Program-made: the position numbers and the translations under genes
From: Antedon mediterranea
Lineage: Eukaryota; Animalia; Echinodermata
Length of the DNA stretch: 64,000 bases
NCBI RefSeq assembly: GCF_964355755.1
Contig: NC_092680.1
Span: forward strand, 17,245,045-17,309,044
Direction: 5' to 3'
Shown: positions 13,401 through 25,938 of the stretch, in pieces
Layout of the letters: each line of letters begins with the position of its first letter
Position numbering within the stretch: position 1 is the first letter of the stretch
The notes under the pieces: model-generated
Database searches by the model: none
What the model saw: only the letters and a program-made list of their open reading frames with translations
What the model was told of the DNA's origin: nothing

Positions 13401-16400
13401 ATGTACTTAAATATTGTAGTGATATGCTTAAATATTGTAGTGATGTGATATCATCATGTCCATATATGGGCACATCACATTTTGTTGTCACATAAAGTTT
13501 GATAGTGTAGATAGAGCTTAAGGCACTGTTCTTTCTGAAGGCCAAATAGAAGACCTACTCGAGCACTATCAACATGGATAGATAATAACACAAATTTAAT
13601 TCCGAAATTGGTAATTTATACTCGCATTGTATTAACAATGATTGACCGTTTGTCATGTGTCCTAGCCAAAATACATAAATACATTTCAATTGAATTTTTG
13701 TTTTACAGAGGAAGAACCATGGTTAAGTATAAACAGCTACTACCTCCATGATACCTCACAGTGGAAAGACCTCAATCTCAAATTTGTACTACTGACATAT
13801 AGGGATTACTATATCACTCAGGACATGGACTTCCTAAGAGAAATGTGGCCACGATTGAAGGTAAATAGAATTAATGAAATGATAAACAATAAGCTGTCTA
13901 AAGCCCTGTCTGCACTATCGAACTTTATGTGACAACAAATGTGATGTGCCCATATATGGACATGATGTTATATCACTACCATATTTGGTCACAAAGCATA
14001 AGAAACTCTGTCCATTTCAAGAACTGTAAAAATTGTTTATGTTTATGCTAAATATTATAAGTCATACATTTACAAGAAAACTGTTAGACCAACTAAACGT
14101 ACAGATAGATAGTTGTACACGATGTATAATAATTACATGTTGTTATGCAATATAATTTGACAGAAACCCTAAACTACACAGGAACAATGGTGAAATGAAC
14201 AATGAGGTGTAAATTATGAAGATGTTATTTCACTCTTGTTTACACATATTTGAAAATATTCTTGTTTATGTCTACTTGTGCTTTGTGACAAGCCTGACAC
14301 TTATGTATATGTAAGGGCGTGTGGCGCAGTGTGTTGGACGTTGGACTACCGATCGTCAGACCTAGGTTCGAATCCAACTCTCGCCGCATTGCTTGTATCC
14401 GTAGGCAAGATACTTTACTTACGTTGCCTCTCTCCACCCAGGTGTATAAATGGGTACCCAGTTAGATCTAGACACAACTTTGCGCTGGTTACCGGCTGCA
14501 TTATGGGAGTATGTTTCCATACGTGTTTGATCCCAAAAAATACTGGGGTAATAATGCTTGTAAAGCGCCTTTGAGCATGATTAGGGCGCTATATAAATGT
14601 GGTATTATTATTATTATTATTATTATAGACATTTAATTTGTTTATATACCTTATGCATATTTTATGTCTATATTTTTAGATTGTCATGGAAACATCCAAG
14701 TTACATGATACGGATGGTGATGGCTTGATTGATAACTCTGGCTTCCCAGACCAAACATATGATGCATGGACAGTAACTGGTGCAAGGTATACTAGCAATA
14801 TATTGTCAAGATGTTATACATGTTTTTAATTAAGAAATTGGGGTGTTATTTATTTAAGGAAGGCTCTGTCTACACTATTAAACTTTATGTGACAACAAAT
14901 GTGATGTTCCCATATGTGGACATTATGATGTCATATCACTACCATATTTGGGCATATCAGTACCATATTTGGCCACATCACACAAACACTAGTTTGATAG
15001 TAGACTACAGGATACAGTATTTACTGTAAAAAGCAACAATGTTTAGCTATCACAATGTGGATATCACAATAAGAAATTTATTACTCTTAAACTATTAAAA
15101 CATTTGTATAATAGAAGATAATTGTAAAGATCTATTGTTTTTTTAGTGCATATTGCGGTGGGTTGTGGTTAGCAGCTCTTTCTATCATGTGTGAGGTATC
15201 ACGCATTTTAGGTTACAATCATGAACATGATGAGTATAAGAGTCTGTTAGAACGCGGAAAAGAATCTTATGAAACTAAATTATGGAATGGTAAGTTCTCT
15301 AATTAAAATTGTGTAAAATTGACTACATAACACCTTTCAAATTTTGTCTGTTACAGAGCTTTTGATTTCCAATGACCGACAACCTAAGTAGGTCAGGTCA
15401 ATCGCTTTGTCGTCGGTTGTTGATAGAAATCAACAAAACTGGGTTGGGAGGAGGAGCGAGGAAACGCGTCCCAATATCCATAATAAATTAAAGTGTAATG
15501 CAACTCGTTTAAGCTTATGCTGTCAAGTTGCAATATGTGTTTTTTATATCAGAATAAAATGATGTAGTTGTGGTCATCACTCGTGGTCGTCACTCGTCGC
15601 AAATCGAAAACTCTCTATTGTCCTTATATTTTCATATTTATATAATATTATGTTCTCAGTTTTAACTGTATTATATTTACAGGTAAATATTACAATTATG
15701 ACAGCAGTGGTAAATACTATAGCAACAGTGTAATGGCAGACCAGGCGGCAGGGCATTGGATTCTAAGAGCTTGTAACTTTGTCAGCCCGAGCAATCCAGT
15801 CTTCCCTGTCGATAATATCAAATCAGCACTTAAAACTATCTTTGAGTTGAACGTAATGGGAATAAATAATGGGACATTTGGTGCAATGAATGGTGTGCGG
15901 CCAAGCGGCAAGATCGATCCATCGAGCTTACAAGCGGAGGAAGTCTGGACTGGTGTAACATACGCCCTCTCTGCTAGTATGATACAAGAGGTATGATCAA
16001 GTTACTTTAGTGTTCTCTCAATATCCGGGAAATTGACAAAATATACTGTAGCTTAACCTACTACTAGTAGATAAGTGATTTTTTATGTATAATTTTCTTG
16101 CACTATTTTTAATACCGTCTGGAGCCAATTAAGTCCGGCAAATCTTGCTGGCAAAACCTGCTTCGGGAGAACACTGTGTTTTGTATTATGGTAGGAGCAG
16201 TGGTATGAGCAACAATATATTATAAAAATGATCAATTGTTGAATACAGAGAATATTTTATGAGTTAAAAGATTGACTGCCGCTGAGTTAAATAGAAAAGT
16301 GAGTCTTTAACGAATGATGCTATTATTAGCATGTACTGTGATTGGTCTAGTTAAATACCAGTGCAAGTACACATGCACAGTAACAACAACCAGGTCTCTC

Positions 16401-16806
16401 GCTGGAGAAATTCTTGAAAATTCTCCAAAAAGTTACATTTACAATATTCAAAATCAATTTTTCACAACGGGTTTTGTCATTTTCAGTCATCTTGATACAT
16501 ATTTTTAAATATTTATGGGTTCCGGTCACAAACTAAGGTAATATAGTAATATTAATAAATTATCTGACTATGTTTTAAGATAAATGTTTTCTCTTTCAGG
16601 GTATGGTGAAAGAAGGTTTCCAAACAGCTAGTGGAGTATATGAGACTTGTTTCAATCGGCTAGGCTTTGCTTACCAAACACCCGAGGCCTACATGGCTAA
16701 GAAGGCCTACCGATCCCTTGGCTACATGAGGCCACTGAGTATATGGGCTATGCAATGGGCTGTTGAAAACTGGCATGAATCAATACCAAATAAGGAAAAT
16801 CAATGA
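1462..16806 (+). CDS. GBA2: Non-lysosomal glucosylceramidase (GH116), spliced gene, 15 coding exons, ~867 aa
   Basis: Exons read by hand, all GT-AG and phase-consistent: 1462-1679, 3338-3426, 4716-4831, 6822-7046, 7259-7507, 10399-10510, 10869-11148, 11453-11637, 12334-12438, 12971-13078, 13709-13860, 14680-14786, 15147-15289, 15683-15990, 16600-16806 (2604 nt including TGA). GBA2 motifs: [71 protein letters not shown] (nucleophile Glu region), [41 protein letters not shown] (acid/base Asp), [46 protein letters not shown]. Confidence 0.95.
1998..2333. mobile_element. MITE with ~55-bp TIRs and TTA TSD (PIF/Harbinger-like)
   Basis: TGCACTTGTCAATTGTATGAC..ACTATACGACCCCCGGGAGAGGT at the left end and its reverse complement at the right. 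Inserted into one unit of a short local tandem (CATTTAAACATAGTTGACATGGCTATA) whose neighbouring unit shows the empty site. Confidence 0.75.
4878..5012. mobile_element. Abundant ~140-170-bp MITE family, TIR AAGCTCTGTCTACACTATCAAACT (PIF/Harbinger-like, TWA flanks); representative copy
   Basis: Full or partial copies at about 3925, 4878, 6615, 10582, 12029, 13216, 13900, 14861, 17365, 19045, 24620, 29045, 29254, 33190, 34134, 35575, 37078, 38765, 41365, 43055, 45994 and 49930. Shared core GTGATGTGCCCAAATATGGTAGTGATATGACATCATCATGTCCATATATGGGCACATCAC. Confidence 0.85.
5109..5319. repeat. 73-bp tandem repeat, ~3 copies
   Basis: Unit ACATGTACAGTTACATCGTACACAGTCAGCATACAGTATGTGTGCATTGAATAGAGTAAAGTAGTCAATGTAC starting at 5109, 5182 and 5255. 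Confidence 0.9.
5722..6560. repeat. 45-bp minisatellite (~18 copies, partial 90-bp higher-order dimer) inside a Mariner-like MITE
   Basis: Unit AAGTGTACCTGTGTGTGCTATATT(G/T)CCCCTTGTTCATTGCATGCC alternates with an AAGTGGCCCTTTGTG variant. The array runs directly into the MITE end GTCCCCTTAATAGAGGTGTCCCAAAGTAGAGGTTCTACTG. Confidence 0.95.
11256..11295. mobile_element. 40-bp hairpin with 7-bp TSD (P-element-like remnant)
   Basis: GTAGAGG | CATAGAGATATTAT-agtaagctcatc-ATAATATCTCTATG | GTAGAGG. Confidence 0.7.
14315..14626 (+). mobile_element. tRNA-derived SINE with L2-like 3' tail, copy 1
   Basis: A-box-like TGGCGCAGTG, B-box GGTTCGAATCC, central GGCAAGATACTTTAC..CTCTCCACCCAGGTGTATAAATGGGTACC, tail AGCGCCTTTGAG..GGGCGCTATATAAAT plus (TAT)n. 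A near-identical second copy is at 19511-19830. Confidence 0.85.
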
Positions 16807-17665
16807 TGATGATATTTTCATTTTTTAAAAAAATACTGCATGTCAAGGTTAGTTTGTTAGTTGAAAAAACATGTTGCTGTTACTTTTTTCCGATTGTTAA
16901 TGGATAATTGGAGTGTAATAAATTCAACTTATTCACAACACTGATGTGAATTTGTGCGCACAATATGGAAATAACGTAACATGCAATTCAAAATTGTAAA
17001 GGTATAGAAAATTCTAGCAATTACTAAATGGTTAACTGCTAGAAACTTTGTGAAACTTTAAAAATAGTGTTTAAGCAAGGTAATGATTTCTAGACTAAAA
17101 TAAAAAAAGAATTTTACAATTATTGATGTGTGATACCAACTATATAAATCCTTCTAAATAAAATATTATTTGTAATATTATTATTATTGTAATATTATTT
17201 GTAAACACAATGAATTCTTTGATTATGAACTTTATGAGCAGTTATTATTATTATTGTAAATTTAACATACTGAATGTAATTGTTTTAAAGCTACGACTTT
17301 TCCAGTAATAATTAGAAATTAAACTGTTTGCTGGGCTAATAAGGATGCATGAAAATAAGGGTTTATGTCTGTCTACACTATCAATCTAGTTTGACAAAAA
17401 AAGTGTAATGTGCCCAAATATGGTAGTGATATGATGTCATTGTGTCCATATATGGGAACATCACATTTTTTTATAGTGTAGATAGAGCTTAAGACAGAAG
17501 AAAGATAAAACTTTCCATAATAATGTACAGTAGGCCTAAAGTGTTTTTAATGTGTTATGCTTATTCTGATACTAAGCTAAGCAGCCACGTTAGTTGATGG
17601 TGACATAAATGTACAGTACACAGTAGAAGCCCCTATACACTTTGGTTCCAAATGTGTCCTCTTAA

Positions 17666-17934
17666 AGGACAACTTGACCGAGGACCATATTTTTACAACG
17701 TATAGGGATGTACCTATGAATTTAGAACAATCGCGAGATTAAGGATATCGCCGCACACGCTCGCCGTACAGCCGTCGCCGTAAATTTTGTGATGCACCTG
17801 TGACGTTACAGCAATGTACGGCGACGGCTGTACAACGAGCGCGTGCGGCGATATCCTTAATTTCGCGATGGTTCTGAAATCATATGTACATCCCTAATAC
17901 GTTTTTAAAATATGGTCCTCGGTCAAGTTGTCCT
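17666..17934. mobile_element. Almost fully palindromic MITE with TTAA TSD and AG..CT termini (Kolobok-like)
   Basis: TTAA|AGGACAACTTGACCGAGGACCATATTTT ... AAAATATGGTCCTCGGTCAAGTTGTCCT|TTAA; arms of ~115 bp; sits inside an older Mariner-like MITE. Confidence 0.85.
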
Positions 17935-18638
17935 TTAATAGAGATTCCACTGCAATTTCACTGCCATTTAAAGATTGTTGATATTTATTATTTAATTTGT
18001 GCACTAGGTTTTATTTGACACGGGTGACTTAAATATTAAATTAATTATAATTTCATTATATAGAATTTATATTTAACATATATAATATTTTATGATTTTT
18101 GTGCTGCTGGTCACTGAGTAAGTTTTAGTGTAAGTAATTTAGTTTTGAGTGCTAGCATATAGCCATTCATTTTGCAGTTTTTATCTGCAATAAAAAAAAT
18201 AATAAACAATTTTGAATTTTTTTGTGAGGCAAAAAGTGAATGAATGAATGAATAAATTAAATTTATAATAATAATTAATTATATTAAAATTAAATTTGAA
18301 TAAACAGTAACTTTCATGCTATCCATTATCTATATACAACCCTATTCTATGCAAATATGTATTGTAACATATTGTTTTACTTCGCATATTGAAAATGTGA
18401 AAAGGAAAATCCATTTTAAGAAAAAACAAGTGCAATAAAGTAAGATCTGATAAATTATTATTATTTAAAAATGTATAGAAAGCATTTTAGTAAAATCATC
18501 ATTATGCAATCTATTTAATTTTGAAAAAATAATTTTGATAATGTCTATTTTTTATTCTGATAATTTCTGCATTTATCATCTGAAAGTAAAGAACACACAG
18601 GGTAGATAAAACACATTTGTTGGATAAATGGTGGCTAT

Positions 18639-18972
18639 AGGCCTAAAGCCAGTTTTCCACTAGGCAACCAATCAGAGATCAGGAAATGAGACGGAGGCCT
18701 AAAGCCAGTTTTCCACTAGGCAACCAATCAGAGATCAGGAAATGAGACGGAGGCCTAAAGCCAGTTTTCCACTAGGCAACCAATCAGAGATCAGGAAATG
18801 AGATGGAGGCCTAAAGCCAGTTTTCCACTAGGCAACCAATCAGAGATCAGGAAATGAGATGGAGGCCTAAAGCCAGTTTTCCACTAGGCAACCAATCAGA
18901 GATCAGGAAATGAGATGGAGGCCTAAAGCCAGTTTTCCACTAGGCAACCAATCAGAGATCAGGAAATGAGAT
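18639..18972. repeat. 56-bp tandem repeat, 6 copies
   Basis: Unit AGGCCTAAAGCCAGTTTTCCACTAGGCAACCAATCAGAGATCAGGAAATGAGA(C/T)GG at 18639, 18695, 18751, 18807, 18863 and 18919. Confidence 0.95.
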
Positions 18973-19510
18973 ACGAAAACATTAAATTCACAGTCTTGTA
19001 ACAATTGTCAGTGTCTTCCAATATTGGTGCATTTTACATTGTATAAAGCTCTGTCTACACTATCAAACTTTGTGCAAAAAAAATGTGATGTGCCCATATA
19101 TGGACATGATGATGTCATATTACCATACCACCATATATCACTATCATATTTGGGCACATTACACTTGTCAAACTAGTTGGGTAGTGTAGAGGTTTCCCCT
19201 CAGAGCAATCAACTGTTGCCCAACATGCCATGAAATGTACTGCATATTATATACTATACATTCTAGCTTGAAAACAGAATAGGAGAGTTATCACTGCTGA
19301 GGCATTTTTGTTATTACCATTGACATTTATGTGCTAATTTGTTAGTTGTCTAGTGTTCTGCATGGAAGTCTTGGATATTTTATCACTTCACAAGTTGATC
19401 TTGAATGGGATATTCAATTAAATTGCTTTTAATATATATTATTTATATTGCTAAAGTAGAAACCCTTATTAAGAGGACTCTTTTGGCACCCAATAGGGGT
19501 GTCCCCTGAA

Positions 19511-19830
19511 TAATAATAATAATAATAATACCACATTTATATAGCGCCCTTTTCATGAGTAATCATGCTCAAAGGCGCTTTACAATCATTATTACACCAG
19601 TATTTGCTTTGGGATCAAACACGTATGGAAACATACTCCCATAATGCAGCCGGTAACCAGCGCAAAGTTGTGTCTAGATCTAACTGGGTACCCATTTATA
19701 CACCTGGGTGGAGAGAGGCAACGTAAGTAAAGTATCTTGCCTACGGATACAAGCAATGCGGCGAGAGTTGGATTCGAACCTAGGTCTGACGATCGGTAGT
19801 TCAACGTCCAACGCACTGCGCCACACGCCC
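19511..19830 (-). mobile_element. tRNA-derived SINE with L2-like tail, copy 2
   Basis: Reverse complement of the 14315 element with an intact tail hairpin; flanked by (CCC)TGAA on both sides; interrupts a Mariner-like MITE. Confidence 0.85.
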
Positions 19831-21278
19831 TGAAGAGGGGTTGACTATATATATATATTATATATACACTTCTTCACCCCCACATTCGTTTCACACGAAA
19901 GTGTCCCTTAAATAGGGGTTTTATTTCAGCAGTATATTTTACAATATTTTAATGTGAATGTAAAAATAAACTTTAAAAATTCACCTTGTCTTTATACCTT
20001 GCCTTAGTCATATGTATATATATATATATATATATGTGTCAATCTTTATAGTGCTTAATGCTCAAACCGAGTCACATTTTTACCCAGGTCACGTTTGGAC
20101 CGCTCCCATAACGCAGCTAGTAATCAGCACAATGATGTTTGATTCTACCACGTACTGTACCCATTTCCACCTTGGTGGAGTGAGTTATGTCACGGTTATA
20201 ATATACTGCTATAGAAATTGATTTCAGGTTTGTGCTGTACTTAATGGTAAAAAGATTAAGAACTGTACAGTACCGTACTTACTTTTGAAGAAATTAACAA
20301 ATGAAAAAAACACTCATTATATATCTAAACATATTTCTTATACCTATAGAATTAAACTTGTCTTTTGAAAACTGCACCAGGTCAGTGGTGTATTAAAAAT
20401 CCAGGTGGCTTCCTGTTATATTTCTTATTTACTTGTTTATGATTTTGTTTCTAAACAGTGATTATAATATTACTTTTCTTGTGTAACATATTATAAGAAT
20501 GAAAACTAAGAAAACCAAAATGAATATTTGGTATTTCAGTGCTGGAGTTTGCATGAATATAAGGTTTGCACGAGATGGTATTACATGCCTTGGTATAGTA
20601 TTTAAATTGCCAATTTAAATCAATCGCAATTTTTACCAAAGACCTTGCTAGAGTTTATGTATTACTATGGAAATTGTAATATTAAGACTGTCTGAGCCAG
20701 ATTGATTTTTATAATTATTTGTTAATAATTATTAGTATATATAGTGCAGTCTCAACTGTTTTCTAGTGTGGCTCTGATAATAGTATTTACAAATTATTTT
20801 GAGGATCAGATAGAGGTCCAAGGGCTTATGGTTTTTTTATATTTTTTTTAGCAGCTCTTTGCGAGTCATATGAAACATAGATCAGTGACTTGGCCTACAG
20901 TGGCAAATTTCTGCTAAATTACCATTGACATATTTTGTGTATTTATAATCCCTGAGTGACGTTAAGTCAACGAATCCACCCTACACCCCTTAATAGTAAA
21001 TGAAAACGATATTATACGAAAATAGCCCCTGTTCTGTCTTGGATTTACTATAGAATATGCCAGGTTCTGTATAGATTACGTTTAGGTTTAAAGTGCAAAA
21101 TCTTGCCATATTTAAAATATAGCAACAGTGTGCAAACAATGTGTAGTGAACATTGTACTAGTCTAAATCAAGTTATTTTACGTATTATTACATACTTTTT
21201 ATTTCAAAATACAGTAGACCCTTTACACCTTTAAGATCAAACAATATTTCCTCTTAATAAAGTTATCTCATTTGTTAA

Positions 21279-21590
21279 AGATGTATTGTCCCCCTGAAAA
21301 AATAATTCTGACAATTTTTTTTTTTAATATTCCATTTTAATGCAACATAATAGTTATCCATTTTGACCAAAAATTGGATCGAAAAATATGTATTTACCTG
21401 AAAAAATTGTAATTGGCTGCTTTTTTTTTATATTTTTGGTTGAATTTAACCATTTATTTTGTCATTTTATAAGTGAAAACAATTTTTTTTCCCTATGGAA
21501 GTGATTAACTTGATTAAAACTACCAAATAACATATTCAAAGTCTGATTTAATTAATCTTCATTTTTCATGTTTTTGGGGACAATACATCT
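21279..21590. mobile_element. Kolobok-like non-autonomous element (TTAA TSD, TIR AGATGTATTGTCCC)
   Basis: TTAA|AGATGTATTGTCCCC ... GGGGACAATACATCT|TTAA; second copy at 49607-49926. Confidence 0.8.
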
Positions 21591-24500
21591 TTAAAACATA
21601 TATTTTCATTCTTTGTTCATTTAAGAGGAAAGTGTCCCCTAATTAGAGGTGTCCCAAAGGAAGAGTTCTACTGTGTGTGGGTTTTTATATTATTGACCGC
21701 TATTCAGAATATCATTTTAGTGGCCATTTTTTAAAATTAGATTTACAGAGGGAGGTATATGCTTTATCATGAATTATCTTTCTATATCTTTTTTTTCTTT
21801 ATTCACTATTTTTTAATATTGTAATTTCAAGATGTATTCAATAAAAAAACAACAGAACAAATCAATAAATAGGTGTTATGTTTGATTGTTGTCAAGATTT
21901 ATATTTTTTTGATTTGTAAAGCCTTGAAAAGAAGCCCATCACAAAATAGATATTATTGTAAAGTACTAATAGTACAGTACTAACACGGTACAACAGGTAG
22001 GTTCATCGATTAAACATTAATGTTAGAGGATCAGAAACAAACACACGCGTAAGGTGTCCCCTTAGGGTTTAACTGTTTTTTCTATGAGTGAATATCCATT
22101 AATCATTAATTTAAATAAATAACATATTTATCATACATTTACGGAGTATTTTATTCTAAATACTTCATGACCAAATTGAAAATATCAACTACAAAATCAA
22201 ATAAAATGTTAAATGCAGTTGTACTTTACTATTTTTATAATGCGAAAATATACCAAAATGCCACAGACTACACAAACATTTATAATCAAAGAGATAAACT
22301 TTAGCTAATATAATATTAATTACCATACTGTTATGATTAACTATACAATTTGGAAGGCTGTACATACAATTTATCATTGGCCTTCCATACTTCAAGTATA
22401 GCACGCAAAACATGCATTAATTTGAAGACTACATACACCTGTTTGCTTTACATAAGCATATACATGTTTAGAATACACTATAATATAACTACTGTAATAA
22501 TATATAGAAAATAGATATACAGTATAATTCTTATCCACCAGGAAAAAGTCCCGGAAAAGATAAAATGGAAAATATTAAACCGATATAATCAAAACATTCC
22601 AAAATTTGTAGTTTTGTAACCTAAACAATAATTTACACTATGCTCATTTATTATGCGTAAACATTTCATTTTCATCATTTACACAGCTTTTACTATAATA
22701 AGTTGAAAAGGGGTTTAACATTTCAATTTAAACCACCAAACACAATGTCATAACACACAACTTGTCCATTTGTTCTCTATAAAGCTTTATTCACATCGAG
22801 CCCAGATTTGGCCGAGACAACTATGCTATGATTTTTTAGCACTGCGTTCACACACACCGTTTTTCCCCAAAATCTCAAATAAGTTAGTGTGAACAGTTCT
22901 TCAACACTACACCCATGGCATTTGTAGGCCTATATATGGACCGAAATTCAGGTTCAGTGTGAATGGAGTTTTAAACACAAAATCCTTTAATTCACATATT
23001 TTAAAATTCTATGTAATTTTCAAAATGTCCTGTTCTTTACTTGTTATGTTTATTAAGTTTTGGCAAGAATTGCTTTACGTTAATGCTATATTATAAATCA
23101 GATAAAAAAATACTTAAATTTACTATTATTTAAGTTAACCTTTGATAGCTAACACATTATTTTGGGACGAGCTTTGAATTCAAACTCATGATCTCAAGTC
23201 CACAGATTATTTCATTGTGCACAATAATGTTTAAATTTAAGAAAATCAGAAAACTTAATTTTGTTTACTTATAATCACTCTTATATACTGTACTGACTAA
23301 TGCATAGCCTATACTGTTATATTTATATGTTTAATATTGCCTTGTTTGTACAGATGATCCCTGATGATCAGCTTTAGCTGGATGGACCACCCTTGTTAAA
23401 TATTGTTGAAATAAATAATTTACCTTAACCCCATCAGACAAATACAATTTACAATCTAATAACAGGTCCTATCTTCAATACAACTACATCCACAAAATAA
23501 AAAAAAATTATTTGTGTAATGTAATGACCAATAGAAAATTGTACAGTTGACCACTCTCCCTTCTTCCGCTCTCTTTTGGGACACCCCTTTAAGGGGACAC
23601 TGTGAAACAAAAGTGAGGAAATTTAAATAAAATTACACACTTTGTGTGCCAAAGATGTCCCCTTGATAGGGATTCTACTCTATGTCAACTTATACCTGTA
23701 TAAACATAATCATTCTGTGTATAAACATTCTGAATTTGGAGGTGGGCTTATATTACCTAGAGTGGGCTTATATACAAGCCAGTAAGCAAGTTCATTTTCT
23801 ACAAAATATACTTACAGTTTTATAGCTAAATATTTTTAAATAAAAAACAACAAATAATAAAGAACTGTTTACATTTTATATTCCAACATATAATATAAAA
23901 TAAATATGAATATACTAACTTAAGTTAAATACAGTTGATTCTCAAATATATATATTTATTTTGTAGAATTTCAGAAATTATAAGAAACAGGGGCCTGCAG
24001 GAACATACAACGGATTAATATACAAACTATTAATACACTACATTTAATACACTAATGTAAATTATTGACCAATATTTAGTCCAATGCTGATTCAGATATC
24101 TTTCCCAGTACAAATAAATATAATTTTATAATTTAAAACATGCATACAACAACACTCCTTTCACACTAGCATTTTGTATGATGTGCACACCATGCTGTGT
24201 ATGTGTGAACTCGAGAGTTTTGCTAGGTAGTGTGAAAGGGGTATAACAATCAATGTTGTATTAATAGCATAAGCATTTATATATATTGTATTGTCCCAAT
24301 ACTCTACATCTATTAGTTGTAAAATAGCGTTTACAAATGTCATATCAATTTGGATGAAATTGGCCAAATACTTTACTCAATCATAAGCCCAACTTTCTGT
24401 TTGTGGGGTTATGCATTGCAGAACCCCCTCTTTAGGCAACCCTATTATGGGGACAGAGTCTGAATAAAAGATAATATATGTTTTAACTATACAGCTAACT

Positions 24501-25938
24501 CCTATTCAGTATACACTCCTATTTGTTGGGTCTCAGGGGTGTCCCCTCAATAGGGGTTTTACTGTATATTTCACAGACAGGGTAAACTTACTTTTGAATC
24601 ACCATTAGTTTTTAAACTGAACTAGTTTGATAAAAAAAAGGTGTGATGTGCCCATATATGGTAGTGATATTCCCTAATACAGTAGTGATATGACATCATC
24701 ATGTCCATATATGGGAACATCACATTTTGTTGTCACATAAAGTTTGAGCTTTAGAAAAGTATATATATATTTACTGTGAACAAAACTGATATTATAATAT
24801 TCTAAAGGCGTGGTAGAATCATACTAGGAAAAGTCTACCATGCACCTACATTACAACATAGCACCAAACATTTTTGCATCAGACAACATTTTATGAAATA
24901 CATATAAAAGAGATATCTGCATCATTGGCCTCTTTCAACTCCCAACAGGCTTAAAATATAAATGTTAAACTGTTTATCATTTAATATTTCGTGCATGTTC
25001 AATTCCCAGTGCTTCTGAAAACTATGTCCCATTTAAATATATATACGTTGGCAATACGTTCCAAATACTCTTATTTCTTTCATAAATCAATTTATCTGTG
25101 TCATTCTAACTAAAGCCAACACTAAAAAAGACAGCCTGCTAAGTCTAAAATACACATTTTTATGAGATGTATGCATGCCATGAATGTTTCTAAATCAATT
25201 GCCAAAATTATGGAAGAAATGTTTACCTACTGTTAACATTTTAAATAAATCTGCTATTTATTTTAAATATAAAATAATAACATTGATATTTACATAACAG
25301 AACTATGTACAATTGTAATGTTTATCAGTTAGTCATCGAATAAGCACCACAGCAAGTATAATAAAGATATTTTCTTGGTTTTGCAAAATTGATTACGATT
25401 TAATCTTAATTTAATTTAGAACATACCCAATACAATTTTACTATCATGTATATTTTACCAGGGTATAATACGCAGTCGGCAATCGAATATTAGACACAGC
25501 AGGTGAATATAACTAACCATCAAAATGAAACAGATTGTTAGTGCTAAGGTGCTTACTCGATCACCTACAGTATGTTTTTTTATCAACTTGATGTTGGTAG
25601 TGACCGTAGTACTTTGCAAAAGCCTTGTAATATTGTCAACTTGTATATTACCTAATGCATTGTTGAAATGCTGTTGAAATGTCATCCCTCATTAAGAAAA
25701 TAGTCTGAACCCACAACCCTGAAAAAGTCCATCTGTCGAATATGAAAACTACATCTTTTAAATATTTCATAGACTTTCAATTGATCATGTTATATGAATT
25801 GTTATAGCTTTTATATGCAGCCCTGCAAATCTATAGTAGTCAATGTACAGGTGCTTATTCCTCTCAGACTCCAATAAACCACATCAGGCCTACACCAGTT
25901 TCAGTTTATCATAAAGCCCCCTATTATGCCACCTTCAG

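Noticed and set aside
14315-14390. Possible tRNA gene (A/B boxes, GGTTCGAATCC)
   Set aside because: Continues into a SINE body and tail and recurs at 19511-19830; it is a SINE head.
18639-18972. CRISPR-like appearance of regular repeats (also 5722-6560 and 43080-43630)
   Set aside because: No unique spacers, no cas genes, eukaryotic context.
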